Below the pieces are notes generated by a model that was given only the letters and a program-made list of their open reading frames with translations, made no database searches and was not told where the DNA came from. Below are positions 37,925 through 48,496 of a stretch of 64,000 bases of DNA, in pieces (position 1 is the first letter of the stretch; every line of letters begins with the position of its first letter). The stretch covers positions 150,262 through 214,261 of the forward strand of contig CBDAPI010000016.1 in NCBI GenBank assembly GCA_965198355.1, written 5' to 3'. Both the position numbers and the translations under genes were made by a program. Source of the stretch: Acidobacteriota bacterium (lineage in GTDB: Bacteria; Acidobacteriota; UBA6911; RPQK01; CBDAPI01).

Positions 37925-39277
37925 ATGGACAGGCCGAGCATACTGATCGCTGACGACGACGAGTCGGTGCGCTCCACCATGCAAGAAGTACTGAGCGAGG
38001 CGGGGTATCACCCGGTTTGCGCCGAAGACGGCAACCAGGCGATTCAGAGGCTCTCGGACGATGTGGATGTGGCCTTGCTGGATCTTCGCATGCCTGGACC
38101 CGGAGGGTTGGAGTGCCTTCGTCATATCAACAGGCACTGGCCCGCCATCGAAACCATTCTTGTGACCGGTAGTGCTGAAGTCAGCCATGCGGTCGAGGCC
38201 ATGAAGAATGGAGCTTTCGACTACCTGACGAAACCGGTCAACTTCGATGAGTTGCTGGAAGTCGTGAGCCGGGCTCTCCAACAGGTTCGAATCAAGTCCG
38301 AGAACAGGCAGCTCCGCGGCGCCATTTCCACACCTCCCGTGAAAGCCGAGTTCATTGGAGACTCTAAGCCGGCCCGGGAAGTCCTGACCCGGATCCAAAA
38401 AGTTGCCGGACTCGATTCAACGGTCCTGATTACGGGCGAGAGTGGTGTCGGAAAGGGGCTTCTGGCTCGCTTGATCCATCTCTCCAGCCGCCGCCACCAA
38501 GGTCCCTTTGTCACCGTGAGCTGCACCGCCCTGCCACGAGAACTGGTGGAAGCTGAACTCTTTGGGCATGAAAAGGGCTCCTTCACTGGAGCACACGAGC
38601 GACGACCGGGACGAGTTGAAATGGCGGAGGGGGGGACTCTCTTCCTTGACGAAGTCGGAGACATGCCCATCGACCTGCAGCCGAAACTCTTGAATTTCCT
38701 CCAGGACCGCACCTTTCTGAGAATTGGAGGAAGCCGGGAAACTCCTGTCGATGTGCGCATCATCGCTGCCACCCACCAGGATCTGCGAGCCCTCTGCAGC
38801 GAGAAGAAGTTTCGAGATGACCTCTTCTTCCGGCTCGATGTGCTCCCCATCCACTGCCCGCCCCTCAGAGAACGCCGCGACGATATCCCTCTACTGATCG
38901 AGTACCTTCTGGGTCGAATCGCTAAGAACCGGCGACAGCCTCAGGTCCGGCTGGCGGAGGAGGCGATTCAGGCTCTGACGAGCTACCGCTGGCCCGGGAA
39001 TGTCAGGGAACTGGAGAATGTCCTGGAGCGCAGCACGGCCTTTATGGAGGGCCCGGAGCTGAGCCCCCGGGATCTGCCGCCGGAATTCGTCTCTTCAGAC
39101 GGAGATACGAGCCTGAATCTTGGTTCCCTGGCCGGCTCGACCCTCGCCGAAATCGAAAAAGCGGCACTCCTTCAAACCCTGAGACTGAGCAAGGGAAACA
39201 AAGCCAGAGCCGCACGCTATCTCGGCATCAGCGAGAAAAGCATCTACAACAAAATGAAGAGGTTAGGCCTCTCCTGA
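37925..39277 (+). CDS. sigma-54-dependent response regulator (NtrC/Fis family: receiver + AAA+ sigma-54 activator + HTH)
   Basis: Receiver (ILIADDDESVRS...D at LDLRMPG). AAA+ Walker A GESGVGKGL. GAFTGA-type ELFGHEKGSFTGA. C-terminal Fis-type HTH. Confidence 0.9.
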   Translation: MDRPSILIADDDESVRSTMQEVLSEAGYHPVCAEDGNQAIQRLSDDVDVALLDLRMPGPGGLECLRHINRHWPAIETILVTGSAEVSHAVEAMKNGAFDYLTKPVNFDELLEVVSRALQQVRIKSENRQLRGAISTPPVKAEFIGDSKPAREVLTRIQKVAGLDSTVLITGESGVGKGLLARLIHLSSRRHQGPFVTVSCTALPRELVEAELFGHEKGSFTGAHERRPGRVEMAEGGTLFLDEVGDMPIDLQPKLLNFLQDRTFLRIGGSRETPVDVRIIAATHQDLRALCSEKKFRDDLFFRLDVLPIHCPPLRERRDDIPLLIEYLLGRIAKNRRQPQVRLAEEAIQALTSYRWPGNVRELENVLERSTAFMEGPELSPRDLPPEFVSSDGDTSLNLGSLAGSTLAEIEKAALLQTLRLSKGNKARAARYLGISEKSIYNKMKRLGLS

Positions 39278-39330
39278 AGGACCCCCGGGCAGCTCCTCCT
39301 TCATCAGGTTCCGCGGAGAACCTGCCGTAG

Positions 39331-40980
39331 CCCGGATTATGCAAGAGATCTGAATCCGAGTGAGATTTGGGTCCAGAAAAAAAGCCGTAGCTCTCTGATA
39401 TAAAAGGGTTTACATAAAAACAACCCTAAACAGGAGCTACGGCTATGTTGAAAACAGTCTGCCAGAATACCCTGCCATTTCACAGCCACAGAGACATCAC
39501 AGCTCGTTTTGATGGGGGGAGCCTCACTTCCGACGCAGGATGGTTGTTGTTTGGATCGCTGGATCGGCAACATCGATTGTGCGAGGGCTTCAGTTCGTGT
39601 ATTGCGGAAAGCCGGGACCGACGCTACATTCGTCATGACCTGTTGAAGTTGATCCGACAACGAGTGTTGCAGATCGTGGCCGGCTACGAAGACTGTAATG
39701 ACGCCGATACGCTGCGCTCGGATCCGATGCTCAAGACAGTCTGTGATCAGTTGCCCGAGAGCGATCCCGATTTGGCCACCCAGCCGACTTTCTCCCGCTT
39801 GGAGAACTCCGTCACCAAGAAGGATCTGATGCGTCTGAGCCGGTGGCTGCTACGCCGTTATGTGCGCTCCCTGAAGAAGAGACGTCCCGCCAAGATCATC
39901 CTGGATCTGGACAGTACCGACGACCACACTCACGGCCAACAGGAGTTCGCCTTCTACCACGGGTATTACCGAAACCACATTCTGCATCCTTTGCTGATCT
40001 TCGATGCCGCCACGGGAGACCTGGTCTGTGCCGTGTTGAGACCTGGCAACAAGGGGGCTGCCTCTCACATCGTGCCCATTCTGAAGCGCGTCGTGGAGGC
40101 CATCCGACAAGCAGTGGGGACGGATGTCGAGATTGAGATTCGGGCCGACAGCGGCTTTGCCACGCCTCGGCTCTACGAGTTCTGTGAAGGTGAAGAGAAT
40201 CAACTCCAATATGTCATTGGGTTAAGTCGCAACCCTCGCCTGCAGCGAGTGGTCGAGCCCCTGCTGGATTCGACTCGGGAAAGGTTCGTTGAGCGGGAGG
40301 AAAAACAGCGTCAGTTTGACGAGTTTCTTTATCGAGCCAACAGCTGGGATCGATCCCGTCGCGTCATTGTCAAAGTGGAGGTCGATCAGCGCGGGATCAA
40401 TCGTCGCTTTGTGGTCACCAACCGGGACGATCTCTGCTCCCAATCACTTTATGACCACTACACCGACCGAGGGCAGACCGAGAACTTCATCAAGGCCTTT
40501 AAGAATCATCTGAGCATGGACCGACTCAGCTGTCATCGATTCCTGGCCAACCAGTTTCGACTCCTCCTGCATGCACTGGCTTACCAGATGTTCGTGCGCC
40601 TGCGCGACTATCTGCACGGAACCCCCTGGCACAAGCTCGAAATCGAAACCTTACGTCGTCGTGTCCTCAAGATCGGGGCCCGGATCCGACAAACCACTCG
40701 ACGCATCTGGGTCCATCTTTCCTCAGCCTTTCCCGAACAACCCCTCTTTCACCTCGTCTTGAGTCGCCTGAACTCCAGCTAGCTTCTCCCAGTTCCCCGA
40801 AAAACCGCTTCCGACACTCATCCAGGCCCAGATCTGTCTGAAATTCACTCCCCCAACCACTCAAACGCCTCGCCAACCGATATTCTTCGCAAATCCGCCT
40901 GTCACAACTGCCCGCTTCCGAGTTGGGCCACTTCTCGAGCCCTTTTTCAACAGCGGATTACGGTTCTTGCATAATCCGGG
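39331..40980 (+). mobile_element. IS1380-family element, copy C (opposite orientation), TSD GTAG (39327-39330 / 40981-40984)
   Basis: Identical to copy B. Inserted 4 bp downstream of the mscL stop codon. Confidence 0.9.
39445..40782 (+). CDS. IS1380-family DDE transposase
   Basis: Identical 445-aa protein. Confidence 0.9.
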   Translation: MLKTVCQNTLPFHSHRDITARFDGGSLTSDAGWLLFGSLDRQHRLCEGFSSCIAESRDRRYIRHDLLKLIRQRVLQIVAGYEDCNDADTLRSDPMLKTVCDQLPESDPDLATQPTFSRLENSVTKKDLMRLSRWLLRRYVRSLKKRRPAKIILDLDSTDDHTHGQQEFAFYHGYYRNHILHPLLIFDAATGDLVCAVLRPGNKGAASHIVPILKRVVEAIRQAVGTDVEIEIRADSGFATPRLYEFCEGEENQLQYVIGLSRNPRLQRVVEPLLDSTRERFVEREEKQRQFDEFLYRANSWDRSRRVIVKVEVDQRGINRRFVVTNRDDLCSQSLYDHYTDRGQTENFIKAFKNHLSMDRLSCHRFLANQFRLLLHALAYQMFVRLRDYLHGTPWHKLEIETLRRRVLKIGARIRQTTRRIWVHLSSAFPEQPLFHLVLSRLNSS

Positions 40981-40988
40981 GTAGAAGA

Positions 40989-41444
40989 TCACGCAGCCAG
41001 ATTCGACGTGCAGTGGCCGCAGCGAGAAGCATTGATCGGGATCTCGGAGAGACAGTGAGGGCAATCTCTGGTTGTCGGTTCGGCCGGCGCCGGTGCTTCC
41101 TCTTCCTTCTCCATCCGGTTAATGCCCCGGATCAAAAGGAAGATGGCGAATGCCACAATCAGAAAATTGATGATGGCATTGATTAGGATGCCGTAACTGA
41201 TCATCACGGCGCCGGCTTCCTGAGCCGCAGCCAGCGAGGCATAGGGCCCGGCAGTGGCACCTTCTTTGAGGAGTATGAAGAGATTCGAAAAGTCGACATC
41301 CCCCAGCAGCAAACCGATCGGCGGCATGATGACGTGGTCCACCAGAGACTTCACTATGGGGCCGAAAGCAGCCCCGATAATGATTCCCACGGCCATGTCG
41401 ATGACGTTCCCTCTCATGGCGAATTCTTTGAATTCCTTCAGCAT
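40989..41444 (-). CDS. mscL: large-conductance mechanosensitive channel MscL with an unusual C-terminal Cys4 zinc-ribbon extension
   Basis: [31 protein letters not shown]...MPPIGLLLG is canonical MscL. The C-terminus is ...[26 protein letters not shown]. Start chosen at MLKEF; the ORF's extra 20 N-terminal residues are unlikely. Confidence 0.85.
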   Translation of the reverse strand: MLKEFKEFAMRGNVIDMAVGIIIGAAFGPIVKSLVDHVIMPPIGLLLGDVDFSNLFILLKEGATAGPYASLAAAQEAGAVMISYGILINAIINFLIVAFAIFLLIRGINRMEKEEEAPAPAEPTTRDCPHCLSEIPINASRCGHCTSNLAA

Positions 41445-41548
41445 CGTTCCTCCTCGATTTGGATTTTTTGACTGGACTGAACCGGTTCTCAAGGCTGACG
41501 CCAAGCATAGACCCTGAAGCTTTCAAGGGCCACTTCTGGGTCAACTAG

Positions 41549-42256
41549 CTAGAGGCCGAAGACCTCCCGCAGAAGATCGGTGACACGGGCCGCCGGATTG
41601 GTGCGGATCTTCGTTTCTTCCTGGGCCACGACAAAAAAGAGGCCGTCCAGGGCTTTCCCAACTACGTATTCGTCAAGGTCCAGGCTCTGGCTGGACACAA
41701 AAGGCATGCGCTCAAACCTGCCGACCAGATCCTTGTACTGCCGGGTAGCTCCCACGTCGTCCAGGGCATCCTTGACGATAGGCTTGAAGGTCTCGGTCAA
41801 GTCGCCCGTCGTTTTCTCTCTGAAGTAATCTGTGGCTGCCGTGTCACCACCGGTGAGGATGCTGTGAGCGTCCATGATGGACATCTCTTTGATGGCACCC
41901 CAGAATATGTCCTTGGCCAGGGGGGCAGCGTTTTCGGCAGCTCGATTCATGCTCATCACGAACTCATCCAACTTGGGACCGAAGCCCGCAAAACGAAGCA
42001 TCTTGTCCATCTTCTGAAGCTTCTCGGGCATGAGAATCTTGATCGCCTCGTTCTTGAAGTAACCATCAAGCGTGCCGGTCTGTTTGACTGCATTCTCGGT
42101 TCCGATCAAGAGAGCTTCTTTGAGACCCGATGCTACCCTGTCATCGCTGGGCTGTTCGTCTTTCTTGACCAGGTCGAAGATCTTCTCAAACTGTGCCGAA
42201 GCGGTCGTGGGGAAAAACAGAAACACCGCGAATAGCAACAGAGACTTGCATTTCAT
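41549..42256 (-). CDS. secreted hypothetical protein (signal peptide; possibly DUF4197-like)
   Basis: Signal peptide MKCKSLLLFAVFLFFPTTASA. GLKEAL...IKILMP motifs. Confidence 0.7.
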   Translation of the reverse strand: MKCKSLLLFAVFLFFPTTASAQFEKIFDLVKKDEQPSDDRVASGLKEALLIGTENAVKQTGTLDGYFKNEAIKILMPEKLQKMDKMLRFAGFGPKLDEFVMSMNRAAENAAPLAKDIFWGAIKEMSIMDAHSILTGGDTAATDYFREKTTGDLTETFKPIVKDALDDVGATRQYKDLVGRFERMPFVSSQSLDLDEYVVGKALDGLFFVVAQEETKIRTNPAARVTDLLREVFGL

Positions 42257-42497
42257 TCTTGTACTCCTTTTCTAGACTCTCTGATTGCGGACTTCGATAG
42301 ACCCGAATCAAAGAGGACGAGATACATCGAAGCAAGAACCGTGCCAAAGCAACGTTCAAACGCCCAAACCCGCACCACAGATGGGTATCGAGCAGCCGGG
42401 AACAGCATCCTGAGCCTCAACATGCCTGCAGTATCTGCAGCCGTGTGCCGGCCCTTTTGTAATACTTACGGTCTTGTGAGGATTAAGCAGTGGCCGC

Positions 42498-43439
42498 TCA
42501 GCTCGGGCTCTTCAGGGGCGCAAAGTAACCTTTCCGGTAATAGAGGATGGTGTTCCCGCGTTTGACCCTCACCCTCAGTTTCCGGAAGGTGCCGTCCGCC
42601 TTCTTGTTGGTCGGCGTGTAGGCGATATTGTACTGGTTTCGCAGCTCTTCATTGATCGCTTTGAAAGCCTTCGACAGATCTTTCGTTGAATAGGGAAAAT
42701 AGACCCGCCCGCCGGTGCTGTGGGCCATCTGCTTGAGGGCATTGTCTCCTTCGTGGTCGATTTCCGCTCCAAAACGCGTCGTGCTGATGGCATAAACAGC
42801 CGCTTCTGCCTGGAAAGCAGCCCGTAACGCTTCCTCGAAGGTCGTCTGGCTGGTCTGGTCGGCTCCATCCGAGAGGATGACCAGTGTCCTGCGCCCCACG
42901 ACATCCATCATCTTCTGCACCGAGACCAGATAAACTGCATCGTAGAGCGAGGTTCCACCTCCGGCGCGAAGATGATCGATCTCACGAGTCAGGTCGTTCG
43001 GATTGGAAGTGAAATCATGGAGCAGAGTGGCGGCCGTGTCGAACTCCAAGAGTAGCGCCAGATCCGTCGGCCTCATCACCGTGTAAAGGAAGTCTGTCGC
43101 CGCCTCTTTTTCAAACTTGAGTTTGATCCGGACGCTCGAGCTCGTATCGATGCAAAGTGCGATAGCCAGGGGTAGATTGATCTGTTCTGCAAAGTTTGTG
43201 ATCTTCTGACGGACCCCATCCTCGTAGATCTCGAAATCGTGGGGAGACAGGTGCCTCAGAAAGGTGCCGGTTTTTTCCTCGTGCACCGAGACCAGCAGGT
43301 TGACCGCTTCCACTTCAACCCGAATCGCATCCTCTTGATTACCGTCGGACTGGGCCAGCACAGCGGTCGCCATCTGGCAAACGGTAAGGCACAGGAAGAG
43401 TGCTGCGTTTTGGAAATAGGGAGTCAACACTCTCATCAT
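42498..43439 (-). CDS. von Willebrand factor A domain protein of the VWFA-related acidobacterial type (secreted)
   Basis: N-terminal region IRVEVEAVNLLVSVHEEKTGTFLRHLSPHDFEIYEDGVRQKI followed by a VWA fold (DTSSS..., LSDGADQTS). Signal peptide present. Confidence 0.7.
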   Translation of the reverse strand: MMRVLTPYFQNAALFLCLTVCQMATAVLAQSDGNQEDAIRVEVEAVNLLVSVHEEKTGTFLRHLSPHDFEIYEDGVRQKITNFAEQINLPLAIALCIDTSSSVRIKLKFEKEAATDFLYTVMRPTDLALLLEFDTAATLLHDFTSNPNDLTREIDHLRAGGGTSLYDAVYLVSVQKMMDVVGRRTLVILSDGADQTSQTTFEEALRAAFQAEAAVYAISTTRFGAEIDHEGDNALKQMAHSTGGRVYFPYSTKDLSKAFKAINEELRNQYNIAYTPTNKKADGTFRKLRVRVKRGNTILYYRKGYFAPLKSPS

Positions 43440-44377
43440 TATTCCAGAAGCTCCAAAATCGTAGCAAGATCCCTCCCCGGCGGCGATTCGAATCGCTTGG
43501 CGGCACCCGTCACGGGATGTGCAAATCCGAGCAACGTCGAGTGCAAAAACTGGCGATTCAGTTCACCGATCAACCGGCCGGACGGTGAGTCCCTCTGGAA
43601 CGGCTTCCGGTTGACACAGTACACCGGATCTCCCACCACGGGATGACCGATATGCTCTAGATGCACTCTGATTTGATGAGTCCGCCCGGTGTGAAGTTTC
43701 ACTTCCAGATACGAGAATTCACAAAAGCGCCGGACGACGCGATATCCGGTGAGAGCCGAGCGCGGAGTCCGGCTGCGCGTCGACATCCTGGTCCTCCTGG
43801 TGGCGTGGCGCCCAACCGGGAGATCGATCTCGCCGCGGTCGCTTTCGACGCGGCCGTGAACCAGGCACAGGTAGAGCTTGGTTACCAGTCGCTTCTTGAA
43901 CTGCCGGGCCAGGTGATCATGAGCCCGGTCGGTCTTGGCCACGACCAGAAGACCGGAGGTGCCCTTGTCAAGGCGGTGCACGATCCCCGGCCTGATGGTG
44001 TCGCCCCGACTGATCCTTTCAAAGTGATACAGCAGGGCGTTTACCAGCGTTCCCGTGTAGTTGCCGGCTCCGGGATGCACCACCATTCCGGCCGGCTTGT
44101 CCACAACCACCAGGGACTCGTCCTCGAAAACAATGGAGAGCGGTAGATTCTCTGGGACCAGATCCATGGCCGGGGGGGGTAGAGGCTTGACGGCGATCTC
44201 ATCGGCTGGCCGGAGGCGCTGGCTCGCCTTGCACTCCCGGCCGTTTATGGCAACCTGACCCTCCTTGATCCACCGCTGTATTACACTGCGCGACTCCTCC
44301 ATGTGTCTCTGGAGAAAAGTATCGATGCGCAGCCCTTCATCTGGAAGATCAGCCCGGAAGGTGCGCATTTCAGGCAC
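43439..44377 (-). CDS. rluD: RluA-family 23S rRNA pseudouridine synthase (RluD-like, S4 domain + catalytic HRLDKGTSG)
   Basis: S4-like N-terminus; VVDKPAGMVVHPG; HRLDKGTSGLLVVAKT. Confidence 0.85.
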   Translation of the reverse strand: MPEMRTFRADLPDEGLRIDTFLQRHMEESRSVIQRWIKEGQVAINGRECKASQRLRPADEIAVKPLPPPAMDLVPENLPLSIVFEDESLVVVDKPAGMVVHPGAGNYTGTLVNALLYHFERISRGDTIRPGIVHRLDKGTSGLLVVAKTDRAHDHLARQFKKRLVTKLYLCLVHGRVESDRGEIDLPVGRHATRRTRMSTRSRTPRSALTGYRVVRRFCEFSYLEVKLHTGRTHQIRVHLEHIGHPVVGDPVYCVNRKPFQRDSPSGRLIGELNRQFLHSTLLGFAHPVTGAAKRFESPPGRDLATILELLE

Positions 44378-45167
44378 GTTGCGGATTCGATTTCTTGCCA
44401 GCAGAGTAGAGAATAATCAGGGCCGCGAGAACCAGACCGACGGCGATCAACTGATGGACGGACACCTGGCCGCCAAATAGAAGTCCGCGGTCCCGATCTC
44501 CCCGAAAGAACTCATTCGCAAACCTGAGAAGACCATAGCCCATCAGATAGGTGGCAAATACCTGGCCCGCGAAACGCCGGCGGCCGTGAATCCACAGCAG
44601 GATGAAGAAAAGCAATAAGGCCCCCACCGATTCGTAAAGCTGGGTGGGGTGGAGAGTGATGTTGAGAGGAACACCCACGTTCTGATTCGCATATTCGCTG
44701 GTGAACGTCACCCCCCAGGGCTGGCTGGTCGGCTTCCCGTAGTCACATCCTGCGCTAAAACAACCCAGCCGCCCGATCGTTTGGCCCAGCGCTATGGCCG
44801 GCGCGGCGGCGTCCGCCATCAACGAAAATTGGAGGTCGGAGGAGCGAGATATATACCAGTAGCTGCCCAGGATGGCGCCGATCAGTCCCCCGAAATAGGC
44901 TCCGCCGGCCTGCCAGAATTCCAGACTCACAAACCTCGAGGGCTGAGAGAGGTAGTAGTTGAAATTGTCCAGCACCATCAGCAGCTTCGCTCCGATGAGG
45001 GAGGAGAGAATCACCACGAAGGCAAGATCCCAGGCCCGGCCTCGCGGAACCTGTTCACGCGCAGCGAGGCTAGCCAGCAGAGCTGTAGCCGAAAGGAAGG
45101 CAAGGGCCAGCAAGAGACCGTAGGAGTGCAGCGTTATGGGACCCAGTTCCAGGATTTTGGGGTACAA
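44370..45167 (-). CDS. lgt: prolipoprotein diacylglyceryl transferase
   Basis: Polytopic. Lgt signature ...LGQTIGRLGCFSAGCDYGKPT. Confidence 0.85.
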   Translation of the reverse strand: MYPKILELGPITLHSYGLLLALAFLSATALLASLAAREQVPRGRAWDLAFVVILSSLIGAKLLMVLDNFNYYLSQPSRFVSLEFWQAGGAYFGGLIGAILGSYWYISRSSDLQFSLMADAAAPAIALGQTIGRLGCFSAGCDYGKPTSQPWGVTFTSEYANQNVGVPLNITLHPTQLYESVGALLLFFILLWIHGRRRFAGQVFATYLMGYGLLRFANEFFRGDRDRGLLFGGQVSVHQLIAVGLVLAALIILYSAGKKSNPQRA

Positions 45168-45205
45168 AAGACTCCTCTCCGCCCAGTGGTCTCAGTACTT
45201 AGTAC

Positions 45206-47284
45206 TCAGTCGTCGTCTTGCTTTGCCTCGGAGATGATCTTTTCGACCAGATGAGGCGGCACGATTTCGTAATGCGAGTTCTCCATATGGTAGCTCCCGC
45301 GTCCGCCGGTTACAGAAGTCAGAACCGGAGCGTAGTTGAGCATCTCGGCGAATGGCACCTGAGCCCGGATCACCTGGGTCGTTCCTTTCACATCCATACC
45401 CTGGATCTTACCCCGCCGGCCGTTCAGATCCCCCATCACGTCTCCCGCAGATTCTTCCGGGACATAGACCTCAATGTTCATAATGGGCTCGATTAGCACG
45501 GGCCGCGCTGATTCCATTGCCTTCTTGAAGGCCAGCGATCCGGCGATCTTGAATGCCATTTCAGACGAGTCGACATTGTGATAGCTACCATCGTAGAGAA
45601 TCACCTTGAAATCGACCACCGGGAAGCCGGCCAGAAATCCCCTGGCCGCCGTCTCCTGGATACCCTTGTCAACAGCAGGGATGTATCCCTTGGGAATGGA
45701 ACCCCCAAAGATCTTATCCTCGAACTCGTATCCTTCTCCCCGCTCCCGGGGCTCAATCTTGATCTTGCAGTCTCCAAACTGGCCGTGGCCTCCGGTCTGC
45801 TTCTTATGCCGCCCCTGAACATCGGCCGTCCCGGTGATGGTCTCTCGATACGGGACCTTGGGTGGCTTCAAGTTCACTTCTACACCGAAGCGCTGTTTGA
45901 GCCGGTTCACCACAACTTCAATGTGCAGTTGCCCCGTACCAGCCAGCAAAAACTGCTGGGTTTGAGGATCCCTCCGAAACTGTAGCGACGGGTCCTCCTC
46001 CAGAACCTTGGCTATGGCTGAACCGATTTTTTCTTCGTCCCCCCGCGTCCTGGGCTCCACAGCGAAGCTGATCGCCGGCTCCGGGAACTTAACTTCCTTG
46101 ACACGGACCTTCAAAGAGGGGGCCCCCAGTGTGTCACCCGTCCTGGTGTCTTTCAGTTTGAGGACCCCGCCGATATCCCCGGCCTGAAGTTCGGACACCG
46201 CCTCGTGTGACTTGCCCTGAAAGACCTGCAGCGATCCAAACCGCTCGGACTGGTCCTGGGTTAGATTCTTGAGACTATTGTCGGATTTGAGTGTCCCCGA
46301 AATGACTCGCAGGATATTAATACGCCCGGCAAACGGATCGGCAAAGGTCTTGAAAGCGTATACAGCCAGCGGGCCTTCCTTCGAGGGTACGATTTCTGCG
46401 GGCTCACCCTCCGCTGTTACGGCTGCGAAGGGCTTCCTTTGCAGTGGATTCGGAAACAGATTCACAATCTGGTCGAGCAGCTGCTTGACTCCGATGTTCT
46501 GGGTCGAAGATATGCAAAACACCGGGAAGATCAAGCCTTGGGCCAGAGACCTCCCCAGGCCCGTGATCACTTCTTCCTCGGACAGGGTGCCTTCTTCGAA
46601 GAACCGCTCCATCAGGTCGTCGTCGCTTTCGGCTACCATTTCGACCAGTTCTTCGCGCATTTGCTCGGCGTCGCTTTTCATGTCCTCCGGAACTTCCACT
46701 TCCTGGAAATTGCCGCTCCCGTCCGCTGTCCCAGCGAAGGCCTTGCCGGAGATCAGATCGACGACCCCCTTGAACTCACTCTCTTGTCCAATCGGAAGTT
46801 GGACCGGAACCACCGAACGTCCGAGGGCGTCACGGAGAGAACGCAGACTGCGCTGAAGACTGGCTCGGTCGCGCCCCATTTTGGAGAGAACAATTGCCCT
46901 GGCCAGGCCCAGTTCCTCGGCAAAACCCCAGACCTGGTGGGTTTGAACTTCGACGCCTTCTACTCCATCGACCACCACAAGAGCGGCGTCCACCCCGAGC
47001 AGAGCGGTCTTGGCGTCGAACACAAAGGCCGAGTAACCCGGTGTGTCGACGACATTGATTTTGTGGCCCTTCCAATTGCAGTGAGCCACAGAACTGCTGA
47101 TCGTTACCTGCCTCTCAATCTCGTCTTCGTCGTAGTCGGTAACGGTGTTGCCTTCCTCTACCCTTCCCAGCCGGCTCGCATCGCCCGACGCGAAGAGCAT
47201 CGCGCTCACCAGCGAGGTCTTTCCTGCGTCACCATGCCCCACGATACCTATGTTCCGAATACTCTCACTATCGAATGTGGCCAT
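45206..47284 (-). CDS. elongation factor G-family translational GTPase (EF-G paralog; G1 motif GHGDAGKTS is non-canonical)
   Basis: GTPase domain plus EF-G domains II-V (e.g. ...GHGQFGDCKIKIEPRERGEGYEFEDKIFGGSIPKGYIPAVDKG...). Start chosen at MATFDSESIRNIGIVGHG. Confidence 0.85.
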   Translation of the reverse strand: MATFDSESIRNIGIVGHGDAGKTSLVSAMLFASGDASRLGRVEEGNTVTDYDEDEIERQVTISSSVAHCNWKGHKINVVDTPGYSAFVFDAKTALLGVDAALVVVDGVEGVEVQTHQVWGFAEELGLARAIVLSKMGRDRASLQRSLRSLRDALGRSVVPVQLPIGQESEFKGVVDLISGKAFAGTADGSGNFQEVEVPEDMKSDAEQMREELVEMVAESDDDLMERFFEEGTLSEEEVITGLGRSLAQGLIFPVFCISSTQNIGVKQLLDQIVNLFPNPLQRKPFAAVTAEGEPAEIVPSKEGPLAVYAFKTFADPFAGRINILRVISGTLKSDNSLKNLTQDQSERFGSLQVFQGKSHEAVSELQAGDIGGVLKLKDTRTGDTLGAPSLKVRVKEVKFPEPAISFAVEPRTRGDEEKIGSAIAKVLEEDPSLQFRRDPQTQQFLLAGTGQLHIEVVVNRLKQRFGVEVNLKPPKVPYRETITGTADVQGRHKKQTGGHGQFGDCKIKIEPRERGEGYEFEDKIFGGSIPKGYIPAVDKGIQETAARGFLAGFPVVDFKVILYDGSYHNVDSSEMAFKIAGSLAFKKAMESARPVLIEPIMNIEVYVPEESAGDVMGDLNGRRGKIQGMDVKGTTQVIRAQVPFAEMLNYAPVLTSVTGGRGSYHMENSHYEIVPPHLVEKIISEAKQDDD

Positions 47285-47393
47285 GCATACTCCTACCAGG
47301 GGACACCGGAATTTAACACAGCCGCTGACAGGTTTCAATTTGCGGCGGTCTAGCAGCCTGTGGCTGCCGGGGGAAGGGCGTTCTCAATTCACT

Positions 47394-48221
47394 TCAGAAA
47401 ATAAAGAACTCGCCTTCGCTGGCGGCGTGAACCTTGGCGAAGTGATGCCTGGCTTCCTTGACGATGTCCATCATCACGGTATCGTCATGGGCGGGATCAT
47501 GGTGAAAGAGGATCAACTGATCGACTCCGACATCGGTGGCGACGCGGGCCGCTTCCAGCCAGGTGCTATGACCCCAGCCGACCCGCTCCTGGTATTCATG
47601 CGGGGTGTATTGGGCGTCATAGACGAGGACCTTGGCGTTGGCAGCATGGTCTCGGACGGAAGCATCGAGATGGCTGTCTCCGTGCTCGTGGTCGCTCGCG
47701 TAAACAATCACTTGGCCCTCTCTTTCGATGCGATACCCGGTCGCCCCCTGAGGATGGTTCATTAGGAAAGGTGAGATCTCAGCACCAGCAATCTTGAAAG
47801 GACTGTGCTCGATGGGATGGAACTCCAACTCCGCGGGAAGAAAATCGAAACTGACCGGAAAATAGGGCTCCGTCATCTGTCCTTTGAGCATCCCCTCCGC
47901 CCGGTTCTCAAACGAAAAAAACGTGACTTTGTTCTCGGGCGAGTAGAGGGGTTGAAAGAAAGGAATACCCTGAAAATGGTCCCAGTGGAAGTGGGTCATG
48001 AAGATCTTGACGTCCAGGGGACCCTCTTGCTCCTCAACCAGATGCCATCCCAGCGGCGTAATGCCCGTTCCGGCGTCAAAGATCAGCACCTCTCCCTCGC
48101 CGGTTCGAACTTCCAGGCAGGACGTATTACCACCGAAAGTCAGATTTTGGATTCGAGGTGTCGGCGTGGATCCGCGCACTCCCCAGAAGTTCAGTTTGAG
48201 AAGATAGTTCTCTTCATCCAT
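47394..48221 (-). CDS. MBL-fold metallo-hydrolase
   Basis: HxHxDH motif (MTHFHWDHFQG) and downstream His/Asp ligands. Confidence 0.8.
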   Translation of the reverse strand: MDEENYLLKLNFWGVRGSTPTPRIQNLTFGGNTSCLEVRTGEGEVLIFDAGTGITPLGWHLVEEQEGPLDVKIFMTHFHWDHFQGIPFFQPLYSPENKVTFFSFENRAEGMLKGQMTEPYFPVSFDFLPAELEFHPIEHSPFKIAGAEISPFLMNHPQGATGYRIEREGQVIVYASDHEHGDSHLDASVRDHAANAKVLVYDAQYTPHEYQERVGWGHSTWLEAARVATDVGVDQLILFHHDPAHDDTVMMDIVKEARHHFAKVHAASEGEFFIF

Positions 48222-48496
48222 CGCCTGTTTTCGGTTCCTTCTTAGGTCGCCCCGGCTGGAATTATAACTTTGGGGTCAGACACGTGACTTGACTCTGGTC
48301 ACAGCCACAGGTTCGCCGAATGGCTCGAGGAACTGCTAGTGCTAGAGCCCAAAGAAATCTTGGATCCTGGAGAGCAGGTTCTTCTGAGCGGCCTGCCTGG
48401 CAAGTAGCTCACTGCCCAGTTCTTCCTTCTTCTCATCCAGAACCTCTTTCCGGGCTGCCACCACAGCACTGATCTGCCCGGCCACATCTTGATCGC

